From positions 32,731 to 96,730 of IMG/VR virus record IMGVR_UViG_3300021963_000063: 64,000 nt of DNA; one strand, written 5' to 3'. The DNA is from a virus. Shown here one piece after another: positions 41,890-52,586 of this stretch (positions are counted from its first letter, which is position 1; every line of letters begins with the position of its first letter). The notes below the pieces were generated by a model. The model did not search any database, was not told the DNA's origin, and saw only the letters and a list, made by a program, of their open reading frames with translations. The position numbers and the translations under genes are program-made.

Positions 41890-43602
41890 TTAATTTAGGT
41901 ATTCTGCGGAGCCGAGGAAGCGTCCACCCCATACTGACTTGCGTAGTATGGTAGTCTGTTCTGGAGCATTTTCCAATTCTCCAGACTTCTTTACGGCTGT
42001 GTCTGACTCAACCGAGTCAACTCTGGAATTTAGATTTTCCAAAGTGCTTTTAACATCAGCCAAAGCTTTGTTTAACTCTTCATTTTTATCTGCAAGAGCC
42101 TTTGTTACTTCTGCAACAGAAGATGCTACCTCATTGATAGCGTTTGTATTTGTTGCAGTATTCGTTGAAATTGTTTCTGAAATGAAGTTTTTAATCTCGT
42201 CAAGAGCCTTAGCCATATCAGTTACCTCACCGTTATCGGTGGAGGCTACTGTAGCTTCAACATTTTCTGAATCGGATTTTTCAACAGATTCCTCTGCTGG
42301 TGCTTCTACTACTGGAGCTTCTTCAACTGGAGCTTCCTCTGCAACTTCTGCAGACTCTTCAACAACTTCATCAACTACAACATCTTCAGCTACTTCATCA
42401 GACTTAACAATATCTTCATTGGTCTCTACGACCTCTGTATTTTCAGCCACTTCAACACCTCCTTCATTTTGTTGGTAGGCAACTGATTCTAAGTCAACTG
42501 CCATTTTTACTACTTCTGATTGTAGCAAACCTGTGGTTACACCTAAAGATTTGGCAACTTTTGCTGCCCAAGATCTTAGTGTATTCATTCTATGTCCTAC
42601 TGTGGTATCGGATGGCTTCCAAGAATTACCATCCTTTTGATAAACTCTAATAGCAACTGCTGGATCTTCTGGAGTTCCAGTAATAGTAACATTAGAGTTT
42701 GGTACTTTTATTTTACCATTAGTTACTACTCTTGTTACTTTACCTCTTGCTGTGCCACCTGAAGAGTTCCATTGTACAAAATCTCCTACAGAGTATTTTG
42801 CCTTTAGTAGTTCGTCTTCTAATTCATTTTGTTCTGGATACTTATTTGGTGTTTCTTCATTAGTAACAACATTATCCTGTGACTTTTGAAGTAAAGCAAA
42901 TACTGCTTTTGTTACTTCTTCTTTTGACACTTCATCAATCCATCCAATTGATGTTAAATCACAGTCGCAATTAGCACATTTGTGTGATTCGTTTTCATCA
43001 ACGTAGGCAAGCTCGTCTGTCTCGCACCAGAATACGTTTTGAATATTTGATTTGTTAAAAATTCCTGTTGCAATGTCCCCATTGTCTGTTTTTTGAATTG
43101 AAAAAATATTTGCTAGGTGATTTGCAGGGGAATCAACAAGGGATAGCTCAACCAAGTCATAGTCCTTAATAATTCTTACTGAGTTCTTTGATTCTCCATC
43201 TAGAACGCTTTCTGAATCTTTTACATTTCCACCAATTGAAAATCCTGTTAGGGTTCCATCAAGAACCATTTCCCATACTTCTTGAGCACCCTTAGAAACA
43301 TATGTATCTACATATACACCGCTATATTGCTTGTTTGTATTTGGATCAAAGAAAGTTTCTGTTCTAAAGTTTACAACTTTACCTGCTGGAATTGGCTGGT
43401 GCATAAGGCGAACATTTCCTCTAAAGTTTTCAAAAGCTCTGCGTGAAGCCTCTGCTGTAACACGATCACCTTGACGGTCAATATTATCAAGTGTGGCAAA
43501 GCCAGAAACAATTCTTTTTTCTACATCTACCTTTGAGATAGGCATGGTAAGCGTAACTTGATTACCATTAGTAGTAAGGGATGCCTTTTGTAAATCTACC
43601 AT
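41890..43602 (-). CDS. Prohead protease-scaffold fusion
   Basis: DRQGD, RLMHQ, GFSIGG, ELSLVDSPAN; acidic linker and coiled-coil C-terminus. Confidence 0.88.
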   Translation of the reverse strand: MVDLQKASLTTNGNQVTLTMPISKVDVEKRIVSGFATLDNIDRQGDRVTAEASRRAFENFRGNVRLMHQPIPAGKVVNFRTETFFDPNTNKQYSGVYVDTYVSKGAQEVWEMVLDGTLTGFSIGGNVKDSESVLDGESKNSVRIIKDYDLVELSLVDSPANHLANIFSIQKTDNGDIATGIFNKSNIQNVFWCETDELAYVDENESHKCANCDCDLTSIGWIDEVSKEEVTKAVFALLQKSQDNVVTNEETPNKYPEQNELEDELLKAKYSVGDFVQWNSSGGTARGKVTRVVTNGKIKVPNSNVTITGTPEDPAVAIRVYQKDGNSWKPSDTTVGHRMNTLRSWAAKVAKSLGVTTGLLQSEVVKMAVDLESVAYQQNEGGVEVAENTEVVETNEDIVKSDEVAEDVVVDEVVEESAEVAEEAPVEEAPVVEAPAEESVEKSDSENVEATVASTDNGEVTDMAKALDEIKNFISETISTNTATNTNAINEVASSVAEVTKALADKNEELNKALADVKSTLENLNSRVDSVESDTAVKKSGELENAPEQTTILRKSVWGGRFLGSAEYLN

Positions 43603-43640
43603 AACAATTCTAATTATATAACATATTTGTTATTATAGTG

Positions 43641-45209
43641 TTATGCTTGTTGTCTACCTTCACCTTGAGGTACTCTAGCACCTGTTCCAGTATCTGCTGC
43701 ATTGGCTTCTCTTTGCTGATCTCTTAACCTATTTCCATTAGCTTGGGCTCTTTGTTCTGCCTGACCTTGTGCAGTTAATTGCACTGGTTCATCGCCTGTT
43801 GGCAATGCAGTCATACCCTTTCTTGATCTAACTTCATTAGGAAGATATACTCCCATTCTTAGATAACGCTCATCAATCTTTGATTGAGTATCTTCATCTG
43901 TAAGAGTAAGTTCATTAAATTTAAGCTTAAACATATCAGTTTTTTCTGAAACAATTCTGTTTACAGACTTTTCTAAAGTATCTTGTTCTGGACGACATAC
44001 CTGATCCTTAAAGGTTCTATCTGCTTCACGAGCATTCGCTAAAGATATATTTTCAGCAGTTCCAACTTTTGAAATTGGAACACGATGTGCCATAAGAATT
44101 TCACTAAGGTTTGTTTTTCTGTAGTTATTAAATGAAGAATCTTGAATTCCATTTTCTACTGCTTCCATCTTTACATCAATCTTTTGACCATTCTCATCAC
44201 CAGGAATTGGGATTACGAGGGTTCTATGGGATTGACCACGAAGGTTATTTTGGAAGAATTCAAATAACTTTGCTTCTGCATCTTTTGATAACTTTGCTCC
44301 CTTGATCCAGAATATGTATCTGGGAGTTGCTTTGTTTTCAAAGTATTCAAGATTAAATCTTGATGCAAATTCTGTACCTGCCATTGCATTTTTTGCTGCA
44401 ACGATAGGTGGAATTCCGTAATAAGTGTTTGTTGGTGTGTAAGACTTTAAGTGAATAATTTCATTTGGACGAGCATCCGCACCAACTGGATTTGGTTGAG
44501 ATAGGTCTTGAAAGTTTCTAAAGAATACTGCTTTACCATTTACGATTTGAACAAATCCATCACGAAGTCTACGGATACGAACAGTTGCTGCAGGAATGTG
44601 ACCAATATAGCCAATCTCTCCTGTTACCTTACGACCAATTTCTAGGTATCCATTTCCAGTTGCTTCTTTATCAATGTATGCTTTTACAAGAGTTGCGGTA
44701 AATGTATCTTCATCATTTCTTGATTCTAGCCACTCTTCAATTTCAAGCTTAGTTCTATCAAGCTTGCGTCTTCTTCTAGAAAGTTGATCCTTGTCTGTGG
44801 TTTCTTCAAGCATCTGCAAAACCTGTAGTGTTGGCTCTAGATTATAACCAAGACCTACAATGTTTGCAACCTTAGCATTAATTGCAGCAAAGTTTGCTGC
44901 TGAAACTTCATAAATTCTTGATAGAGAAATTAAGTTATATGGAGGCTCTACAACATCAAATAGACCATAGCCATACTTGTCTGGAACCAGTTGCTTAGAT
45001 TCTGATTCATCTCCATTTAGAGAGTTTTGATCTGCTTTTTCTAACTTTCTTTTAGCATTTCTTTTAAAGTTATGACCAAGACCTGACAACTTCATTAAGT
45101 CATCTGGCTTCTTACTAAAATCATCTGTGTCGTTATTATTAATAAGAGAATTAGACTTTACTGTATCAAGTCCAATATCTCTACCACTAATTTCCTGCAT
45201 TTCGTGCAT
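43641..45209 (-). CDS. Portal protein
   Basis: TGNGYLE, EIIHLK, YYGIP, NEVR motifs. Confidence 0.92.
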   Translation of the reverse strand: MHEMQEISGRDIGLDTVKSNSLINNNDTDDFSKKPDDLMKLSGLGHNFKRNAKRKLEKADQNSLNGDESESKQLVPDKYGYGLFDVVEPPYNLISLSRIYEVSAANFAAINAKVANIVGLGYNLEPTLQVLQMLEETTDKDQLSRRRRKLDRTKLEIEEWLESRNDEDTFTATLVKAYIDKEATGNGYLEIGRKVTGEIGYIGHIPAATVRIRRLRDGFVQIVNGKAVFFRNFQDLSQPNPVGADARPNEIIHLKSYTPTNTYYGIPPIVAAKNAMAGTEFASRFNLEYFENKATPRYIFWIKGAKLSKDAEAKLFEFFQNNLRGQSHRTLVIPIPGDENGQKIDVKMEAVENGIQDSSFNNYRKTNLSEILMAHRVPISKVGTAENISLANAREADRTFKDQVCRPEQDTLEKSVNRIVSEKTDMFKLKFNELTLTDEDTQSKIDERYLRMGVYLPNEVRSRKGMTALPTGDEPVQLTAQGQAEQRAQANGNRLRDQQREANAADTGTGARVPQGEGRQQA

Positions 45210-45528
45210 TGTGGAACACCTCTCTCCAGTTGTCTGTGTCTCCGTATGGAGTTAGACCTTCTGCCATTCTATCAATATCTTCTTGAGCCTGAGTATCAGA
45301 AGACCTACCAACACCTGGCATAAATACGGCTTTTCCTTCTGGTTTACCCCAGTATGCTGCTGCATCTGCAAGTTGTTTCATCTTTTGAATATCATATTTG
45401 CGAGCAGGTACGTTTAGAGTATTACCCTGATCGTCCTGAAAGTTAGATCCGTTTGGCAGTTGCCATACATAAATTCCATATTCTGCATTGCTTTGTACTG
45501 CTTGTACTTTGTTTTTAGGTTTTGACAT
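45187..45528 (-). CDS. Hypothetical protein upstream of portal, leaderless
   Basis: TGGTATCAT-N6-ATG. Confidence 0.65.
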   Translation of the reverse strand: MSKPKNKVQAVQSNAEYGIYVWQLPNGSNFQDDQGNTLNVPARKYDIQKMKQLADAAAYWGKPEGKAVFMPGVGRSSDTQAQEDIDRMAEGLTPYGDTDNWREVFHNARNAGN

Positions 45529-45577
45529 ACCACAATGATACCATTTTTTAAATCTTATTGCTAGTACTTGTCAAAAA

Positions 45578-48466
45578 TTAATCTGAACTAACTAAGTCTG
45601 TTTCTTTATATGAAACTATTTTGTTTGTCATAAACACTTGACTATATGTTCCATTTGATTGTTTTTGTAAAAATTCTTTTCCATTTTCATCACCATTTTG
45701 AACATATATTAAATCTCCAGTTGCTATGTCTGCTGCTTCTAGTGATGTGTTAGCTGTAAAAGTAGCAATTCCATCGGAAAATCCAATTGAATAAACACCT
45801 CTATCTGCTGCTAATGTTTGATTTGCCAGTAAAACTGTAACTGGTCTTGCCAATCCTGGTGCACTAACACTATCAATTTCAATTAGATCTATATCATTAG
45901 AATAATTTATTGTATTAGAAGAAAGGGTATAATTTTCTGTGGCTGCTAGGGATACTGTAGCTTTTATTGAGTTTTGATTTGGAAGAAGTTCGTATTCTAG
46001 ATTTTCGTGTCTTACTTCTTTGTCATAAAAATTAATATTAAGAACACTAGAATCTTTCACTGATTCTGAGTAAGATGAATAAAATAAATTGTAATACTTT
46101 AAGGCTTGAGATGCTGTTAATTGAGATTCTAAGAAAGACAAATTATCAATATAGAATGTTCCTGTTGTTGATGAGGAGTTTCCAATTTCAATAGGTGTTC
46201 CAGTGAGAGTGTTGATTGGGATTGGATTATCTAAAACAATAGTATAGTGATTCCACTCATTAGTTTCTGCACTTGTTGTTGGTAGTCCATTAACATAGAC
46301 CGTACCAGTAATTCCACTACCTGCAATTGCTACTGTGCCTGATGTCTGCCTAATTATAACTGGATTAGAGTAAATAAATCTGCATTGAGATGTAGTTGTT
46401 GGCTTTGCTGTAAATATGATTGTACTAATTCCTTCAGTTGATTCTGTTCCAATGGCTTTTGCTGAATAATTTATTGTTCCATACTGATCACCAATCTTTA
46501 GACCAGTGGTGTTTCCATAGTACATTGAAGGTGTTTTCTTAACTTCTGGCAGATATAAATCTTTTCCAGACTTTGGTGTAATGGTTATATTTTGACTACC
46601 AATATCTGATCTCATTTCAACAGATGAGTTTGTTGAGTTAAATACATTAAGATTAAAGTATTGTAAAACGGGAGGATATAATTCATAATCATCTGACTCC
46701 ATAGTTATATCAAATCTAACAACATGGTCTGTGATAGCCTGACCAACTAAACCTTTTATTGGATCTCCATTTAAAATTTCTTGAGATGCTAAAAGTTCTG
46801 ATGTCTCATTATATACGGTAGCTTCTACCTTAACAAAACTATCTCCTTCAACTTCTCCATATCCTAAATCTATTCTATGTGGAAGAACTGCTGTAGTTCC
46901 TAGGAAATTAACTCCAACATAAAACTTAGCTTTACCCTTTGTGTATCTAAGTAATCTTTTTTCTTTGCTTGGAGATATTTTATAATTGTAGTCATAGTTT
47001 TCTAATTCAGTAAAATTTTGTGGGATAGATATTGTATCTTTTAATGCACCAATTAGATTTAGCTTTCCAGTAAATCTATTGGTTTCTGTTTCCGTTGAGG
47101 GAAGTATCTCGGTATTCGCAAAAGGAGTTATAGTTTCTCCACCAAATGTTATTGATGATGACATGATAGGTAGCTCTAAGCTTGTATTAGATTCTGTGTA
47201 TTGACTTGATGGTGTGTACAAAAATAGACTTAAAATATTATTTGATTCATAAAATCCTAAATAAACTTTTCCAGTTATTTCTGTAGTAGTTGATAGCAGT
47301 GTTGTGTCTGCCTTCTTAGTTCCATTAACATATTCTGTTGAATAATAAATTTTATAATCTGATCCGATTTTTTCAGCATATACAGATAAACCTGCATTTG
47401 TTAATGAATCTATTTTAAATAATAATTGTTTTGTTGTCCAGGTGGCTCCTGTAAAATCAAGTTTTGATATCATTCCATTAGGGAATGAATTAACTTTATC
47501 TGCAACATATAAAGATGTTCCGTGTGGAAAAGAAATTTCTCCATCAGTAGTTCCGTACATTGTTTCGTAACTAACATCTGAAAAGGTAACATGCTCTATT
47601 GTTGAATAATTATTGGTTGTTAAGTATCCATCTTTTTGAATTTGTAATGTATTATTTTCAATAACTAAGTTATTAGACCATGATGACTTATCGTTATAGG
47701 AAAGAGAGTAAAGCTTAGATGTGTTTTCCATATGCATCGAATACATTGTTCCAGCTTTTGCTGATATAGCAAATCTAGAAATATCATATCCTACTCCATA
47801 AATAAAATGCCTTTTTGCTATTGTGGGGTTAAATGGGTAGCTATAAATTGCAATACTATCTACATAAATTCCTAAAGATAAGCTTCCAAAAAAATCAAAG
47901 TACTCATCAGCGGAACTATAGGTTTTTGTAAAATATCTTAAATTTGATATTGGGGTTGAAGACTGAACTCCATTTACAAAAAGACTAATACCTTTTGGTG
48001 TATAGGTCATTGCAATATGAAGTGGTTTATTGAAAGTATCTACTGGCAAGGAAACTGCTATTGTATCTTGATCTCCAACTCTAAATATTAAATAATTATC
48101 TTTAATATAAAGACCAGTAGCACTGTTTGGTTTTCTAAGAATTACTGTTTCATCTTTTACAGAGTTTGTTATTTTAAGCCAAAACTCTAGGGTTGATGTA
48201 TATTGTCTATTTGCGGAAGACATTTTATCTAAAGATGGTATTCTAAGAGAAGGTATATTGTTTCCTACTAATTTTATACACTGTCCACCGCCATATACAA
48301 GAGGAACTTTAATTCTTTTTGAATTTGCTCCACTGGTACCTAGATATGTTCCGTTATATGAATCTCCTAGTAAAAAACCATCATTATTTGCTACAGTGCC
48401 ACTTGCCTCAGATAAACTCCAAATTGAGACAGGTGAATCTTGTAAAATTAAATCAGTATAAGACAT
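45578..48466 (-). CDS. LamG/concanavalin-like domain virion protein
   Basis: DSPVSIWSLSE...TLEFWLK...HIAMTY...LFVNG...DSIAIY. Confidence 0.75.
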   Translation of the reverse strand: MSYTDLILQDSPVSIWSLSEASGTVANNDGFLLGDSYNGTYLGTSGANSKRIKVPLVYGGGQCIKLVGNNIPSLRIPSLDKMSSANRQYTSTLEFWLKITNSVKDETVILRKPNSATGLYIKDNYLIFRVGDQDTIAVSLPVDTFNKPLHIAMTYTPKGISLFVNGVQSSTPISNLRYFTKTYSSADEYFDFFGSLSLGIYVDSIAIYSYPFNPTIAKRHFIYGVGYDISRFAISAKAGTMYSMHMENTSKLYSLSYNDKSSWSNNLVIENNTLQIQKDGYLTTNNYSTIEHVTFSDVSYETMYGTTDGEISFPHGTSLYVADKVNSFPNGMISKLDFTGATWTTKQLLFKIDSLTNAGLSVYAEKIGSDYKIYYSTEYVNGTKKADTTLLSTTTEITGKVYLGFYESNNILSLFLYTPSSQYTESNTSLELPIMSSSITFGGETITPFANTEILPSTETETNRFTGKLNLIGALKDTISIPQNFTELENYDYNYKISPSKEKRLLRYTKGKAKFYVGVNFLGTTAVLPHRIDLGYGEVEGDSFVKVEATVYNETSELLASQEILNGDPIKGLVGQAITDHVVRFDITMESDDYELYPPVLQYFNLNVFNSTNSSVEMRSDIGSQNITITPKSGKDLYLPEVKKTPSMYYGNTTGLKIGDQYGTINYSAKAIGTESTEGISTIIFTAKPTTTSQCRFIYSNPVIIRQTSGTVAIAGSGITGTVYVNGLPTTSAETNEWNHYTIVLDNPIPINTLTGTPIEIGNSSSTTGTFYIDNLSFLESQLTASQALKYYNLFYSSYSESVKDSSVLNINFYDKEVRHENLEYELLPNQNSIKATVSLAATENYTLSSNTINYSNDIDLIEIDSVSAPGLARPVTVLLANQTLAADRGVYSIGFSDGIATFTANTSLEAADIATGDLIYVQNGDENGKEFLQKQSNGTYSQVFMTNKIVSYKETDLVSSD

Positions 48467-48482
48467 AGGGACCTCTTATACA

Positions 48483-50426
48483 TTATACAGCTTTAACGGT
48501 ACCAAAATCACTTATATCGCAAGCTCCAGCAACACATGCTAGATCTTGTACGCTTGTAGTAGCATCAAATGTTTCATATATTTCAAGCCATTTCCAATCA
48601 AGATCAGATGGAGTTTCTGAAAGAAGAACTTCATATTCTGATTTAGTAATTTCTTGATATGGTGCTTGTTGATATGTATGCTCTGAATAAGGTAAGAATG
48701 ATACACCTGACATTTCATCAATATGTTCAAATACCCATGCACCTACAGCCATCCATTCATTTTCTTTTACAGATACTGTAATAGAAGGCTTGTGTTCTGC
48801 CCAATGACGTTGGTATGTTAACCAAATATCTAAATGCTGAACTGCTGTTAAATCTTGACGAAGCGTTGCACCTTCTGGTGCTGCAATTGGGAATGTGAAT
48901 ACCATAGTATCATTTGGCTTCATAACATCTGGCTCATTCTTTACACCCATATCAACTAGGAAAGATGTAATTGGATCTTTCATATCTCCACGAATTGTAC
49001 GAGCATAATATTGTGAGTGCCATGGATGCATACCAGATGAAGCATTTACTAACTGGGACACCGTTCCTGATGGCTTAACACATGTAATTGCTGCTGCTTG
49101 ATTAATACCAATCTTTTCAGACCATTCTTTATTTACAACAACAGAATACTCTCTTAGTTCATCTAGCCATGCTGATAGTAAATCAACGCCCTGTGAACCA
49201 TTAAGAACTGGATGAGATAGCTGACCTGTAAGAGAAAGACCTAATAATCTTTCTTCCTCAGAATTCTTTTGCCAAATCTTTCTTAAGTACTTAAAGCGAG
49301 TAAATGTTGACTGAATAGTTCCAAGGATAGCAGCTAGTTCTACCTTTGCCTTAAGATCTTCAAGAGTGTCTGTATCACGAACAATAACCTCAGTAAGATT
49401 ACAGAACTGATTTGGTCTTAAGATAATTTCAGAACAAGGGTTAGTTCCAAAGTCTACTGTAGAATCTCTACGACCATTTTTTGCTGCAACTCTTTGTGCT
49501 GCTTCACGACTAAAGATTCCACGCTCTCCAGACTTTGAATCATATAGAGCCTTCCACTCGTCCATAAAAACTTCCATGGTTGGTTTTGTATTATAGACTG
49601 CTGAGTTGTTGGCAAGTGCTCTTTGACCGCTGTATTCCCACCAGGAACCAGACTTAGCTGCTGCCATGTTTCGGTCTTCCAAGTCTGATAGCGAGATCAT
49701 CGCTGAACGGCGAACACCGCCAACAACAACTACTTCTGCGATCTTACACATTAAGTCATGTGCCTCAAGAGGAGTCAACTTACGACCTGCTGCACCCTTG
49801 ATAAGAGAAACAGAAAACTTAAACAAACGATCTAGTGGGTCTGGACCTGATGCACGACCACCAAATGTTTTTAGACGAGCACCTGCTGGTCTAACTTGTG
49901 ACATATCCCATGAAGGAACCTGTCCTTGCCAAAGTAGGGCAAGTAATTCTTTTAGGGAACGTGCCCATCCAGCTTTTGAATCTTCTACAACAATAGTTGT
50001 ATCTGTAGTTTCAAAGTGTTCAGAAATTTCTGGTAATTGATTTACATATCTTGACTCAACAGAATATCCAACTCCAGTTCCACACATTAGAATATACATA
50101 CCTTCATCAAATGAACGTAGGCTATCTACTGGCATATACGCACAGTTGTATATACAAGTGCTATCTCTATCAAGTGCTGGTCCTGCTGTCATAAGACCAC
50201 GCATGGATGGCATAACTTTTGTTTCTAAAATAGCAGTACGGAGTTGCTGCTTAATATTTTCTGAAAGGGTAAATTCGTTATGCTTCTTAATAGCTTCTGT
50301 TACATAGTCCATGTAACGATCAACAGTTTCATCCCAGTTTTCTCTACGATTATCTTCTTCTCTCCATCTTGCATATCTTGTCTTATGGATTACTTGCTGG
50401 TATGCCGTTGGCAAAGAAACTGTCAT
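48483..50426 (-). CDS. nrdJ: Class II (adenosylcobalamin) ribonucleotide reductase
   Basis: VVVGGVRRSA, TNPCSEI, CVKPSGTVS, C-terminal CVAGAC; no nrdB in the window; GGAGTG SD before ATG 50426. Confidence 0.9.
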   Translation of the reverse strand: MTVSLPTAYQQVIHKTRYARWREEDNRRENWDETVDRYMDYVTEAIKKHNEFTLSENIKQQLRTAILETKVMPSMRGLMTAGPALDRDSTCIYNCAYMPVDSLRSFDEGMYILMCGTGVGYSVESRYVNQLPEISEHFETTDTTIVVEDSKAGWARSLKELLALLWQGQVPSWDMSQVRPAGARLKTFGGRASGPDPLDRLFKFSVSLIKGAAGRKLTPLEAHDLMCKIAEVVVVGGVRRSAMISLSDLEDRNMAAAKSGSWWEYSGQRALANNSAVYNTKPTMEVFMDEWKALYDSKSGERGIFSREAAQRVAAKNGRRDSTVDFGTNPCSEIILRPNQFCNLTEVIVRDTDTLEDLKAKVELAAILGTIQSTFTRFKYLRKIWQKNSEEERLLGLSLTGQLSHPVLNGSQGVDLLSAWLDELREYSVVVNKEWSEKIGINQAAAITCVKPSGTVSQLVNASSGMHPWHSQYYARTIRGDMKDPITSFLVDMGVKNEPDVMKPNDTMVFTFPIAAPEGATLRQDLTAVQHLDIWLTYQRHWAEHKPSITVSVKENEWMAVGAWVFEHIDEMSGVSFLPYSEHTYQQAPYQEITKSEYEVLLSETPSDLDWKWLEIYETFDATTSVQDLACVAGACDISDFGTVKAV

Positions 50427-50479
50427 TTTTAATTCACTCCGTTTAATTTTTAATCTCCCCATATTTGAGGGTAAGTACT

Positions 50480-50508
50480 ATTGTACAACAACTAGTGTTA
50501 GTGGTCAA
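50480..50508 (-). promoter_or_regulatory. nrdJ promoter with possible NrdR box
   Basis: TTGACC-N17-TACAAT; the spacer holds GTACAACAACTAGTGT. Confidence 0.55.
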
Positions 50509-50526
50509 GTGTGATAGAATTATTCA

Positions 50527-50754
50527 ATGATAACAATTCAAGAAGCACACAAATATATGAACTTAGCAAATGATGGATTTACTAAAAAAATTTTATGCGG
50601 TAATGATTCAGATCACACTAGTTTACTTCCGTCACTTAATGAACAAGATGAAGTATATTTTTATTGTTTAGGGTGTACCTATAAAATTACTCCAGGTTAC
50701 AAAATGGAAAGATATATAAAATTTGTTTTAAATAGTTTTGCTGTTAAGAACTAA
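50527..50754 (+). CDS. Small Zn-binding hypothetical protein, leaderless
   Basis: TGATAGAAT-N6-ATG; C..H..CxxC. Confidence 0.6.
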   Translation: MITIQEAHKYMNLANDGFTKKILCGNDSDHTSLLPSLNEQDEVYFYCLGCTYKITPGYKMERYIKFVLNSFAVKN

Positions 50755-51076
50755 CGTCAGAAACAACTACAACTGGTCCATATAGAATTGTTGAAACAAC
50801 TCCTGAATGTGTCATCTGAACATCATATTCATATTTTCTTCCACCAGTAAGGTTTGCTGATTCTGAAGCAGGTAGCGTTAAAAGAACTACCCCACCAGCA
50901 GCGTTTTCAATTGTGTAATCAAATTCTGCAACTGCAGTTGATTTTCCTTTTTCTTTAATTTGTGCTAAAAAAGTATGGCTAGTAATATTATAGTTTGAAT
51001 TTCCAACATCTAAAGATAACCTAAAAGCAAAGGTATCACCTTTGTAGATTTTAAAAGGCTTATACCCTGGTAACAT
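50744..51076 (-). CDS. BppU-N-like virion adaptor domain protein
   Basis: IYKGDTF...YEYDVQM...ILYG pattern. Confidence 0.65.
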   Translation of the reverse strand: MLPGYKPFKIYKGDTFAFRLSLDVGNSNYNITSHTFLAQIKEKGKSTAVAEFDYTIENAAGGVVLLTLPASESANLTGGRKYEYDVQMTHSGVVSTILYGPVVVVSDVSS

Positions 51077-51077
51077 A

Positions 51078-52559
51078 TTATCCTACCACCACAACAGTGT
51101 ATTGGTTGGTAGTAGGAACACTATTTGTATTAATAGTAATTGTATCTGCTGTTGCATGAAGAACTTCTACTTCTACCTGTGCATATGGAGCAGCTGTTTC
51201 ATAAACCTGAACAGTAACTGCTCTTGTATTTAGGCTATGGGTAACTGTAAATGCTTGTAGAGTTCCATTTCCAATAGTTGTTGAATATTTTTTAGCATAG
51301 CCATCAGTTGTAAGCTTTGTTTCAAGAGCAGAAATATCTACTGCAAGACCAGATGAGATGGATAGGTATGGATTAGATGCTGCAAGGATTACTGCTGCAC
51401 TAATTGTACCTGCTGATGTTGAATTATCTGTATATGTAAAATCAATAGTTCCAGAATCTGTAAATGCTGTTGCTACTGTATCTTCAATATATTCTTGGAT
51501 TCCTGTAATATCACTGGTTGAATGTCCGTGACCTGCAACAGAAATTTCTGCTTCAACTACAGCATCTGTATTATCAACTGGTGTACCTAAGTACCACTTG
51601 TTTGAAGCTTCTTTCCAGAATAGTGTTGCGTTAGTATAATCTCCACGCTCAACTTCTAGACCTGCATTTAAAGTAGGTACTCCAGTAACTCCATTGTTAA
51701 GAAGAACAATATTATCTTCCACTGCAAGAGTAGCAGTATTTAGTGTCGTTGTATTACCATTTACTGTAAGATCACCAGTTACAGTAAGTCCTCCCCCAAT
51801 GGTTACATCGTTTGGAAGACCAATAGTTACTGCTCCTGTGTAAGGACCTGAACCAGTTCCGCTAACTTCAATCTCGTTTGAAGTTCCTGCAATACTTGTT
51901 ACTCCAGTATTTGTGAAAGCAAGGGTTCCTGCATTTGCACCATCATCTGTATATGCTACAGAAATTCCTGAGTGTGTTGATCCTGTAATTAGTGAGGCTA
52001 CTGCATCACGAGCATTTTCATCGCTGTATGTTGCACCTGCGGTAAATGCAAGAGTTCCTGCTTCATCATTATAGGATACCGAAATATTTGTGTGTGTTGC
52101 ACTTGTAATCATTGATGCAGCTGCGTCTTGTGCTGCTTCGTTAAAGTCTGAAATCTTTGAAGCTGTAATGCTAGGAATATCTCCTGCTACTAATGCTCTG
52201 AATGAAGGTGCTGCTGCAGATCCAGTTGTTGGTCCTGCCCATACATAGTTTGCAGTCTGGGCGGCAAGAGTAAGAGTAAGTGTTCCAGAACTTGTTACTG
52301 GATTATTAGATACTGTAAAAATATTAGGGGTAGAAATATCTACGCTTGTTACAGTTCCACTTGTTAGTTCTGAGGTATATGCAAAAGTCTTAAATTCGGT
52401 GCCATCATGCATCTTAAGTCTATCTGTACCCGTTGTATTATGGATAAGACGACCTGCAAAGTTGCCAGAAGTTGGGTCATTTGCATAATCTTCAACTCTG
52501 AAATTTGTGGCTTTATTGCCATTTAGGTTAAGATCAACAACAAATAATCTTTCTGCCAT
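51078..52559 (-). CDS. Fibre-like virion protein
   Basis: VTGDLTVNGNTT, internal repeats, VTHSLNT C-terminal domain. Confidence 0.7.
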   Translation of the reverse strand: MAERLFVVDLNLNGNKATNFRVEDYANDPTSGNFAGRLIHNTTGTDRLKMHDGTEFKTFAYTSELTSGTVTSVDISTPNIFTVSNNPVTSSGTLTLTLAAQTANYVWAGPTTGSAAAPSFRALVAGDIPSITASKISDFNEAAQDAAASMITSATHTNISVSYNDEAGTLAFTAGATYSDENARDAVASLITGSTHSGISVAYTDDGANAGTLAFTNTGVTSIAGTSNEIEVSGTGSGPYTGAVTIGLPNDVTIGGGLTVTGDLTVNGNTTTLNTATLAVEDNIVLLNNGVTGVPTLNAGLEVERGDYTNATLFWKEASNKWYLGTPVDNTDAVVEAEISVAGHGHSTSDITGIQEYIEDTVATAFTDSGTIDFTYTDNSTSAGTISAAVILAASNPYLSISSGLAVDISALETKLTTDGYAKKYSTTIGNGTLQAFTVTHSLNTRAVTVQVYETAAPYAQVEVEVLHATADTITINTNSVPTTNQYTVVVVG

Positions 52560-52586
52560 TTACCTCACCACCTTCTTTTTAAATTT

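Noticed and set aside
41939-42478. Plus-strand ORFs antisense to structural and replication genes (e.g. 41939, 34515, 28933, 49666)
   Set aside because: Shadow frames of well-supported minus-strand genes; no RBS or motifs.
45067-45088. TGTCAG-N10-TAACTT on the minus strand inside the portal gene
   Set aside because: Intragenic, lacks the ACCC/TGn context and cassette motifs; probably chance. It shows the bare pattern can occur at background.
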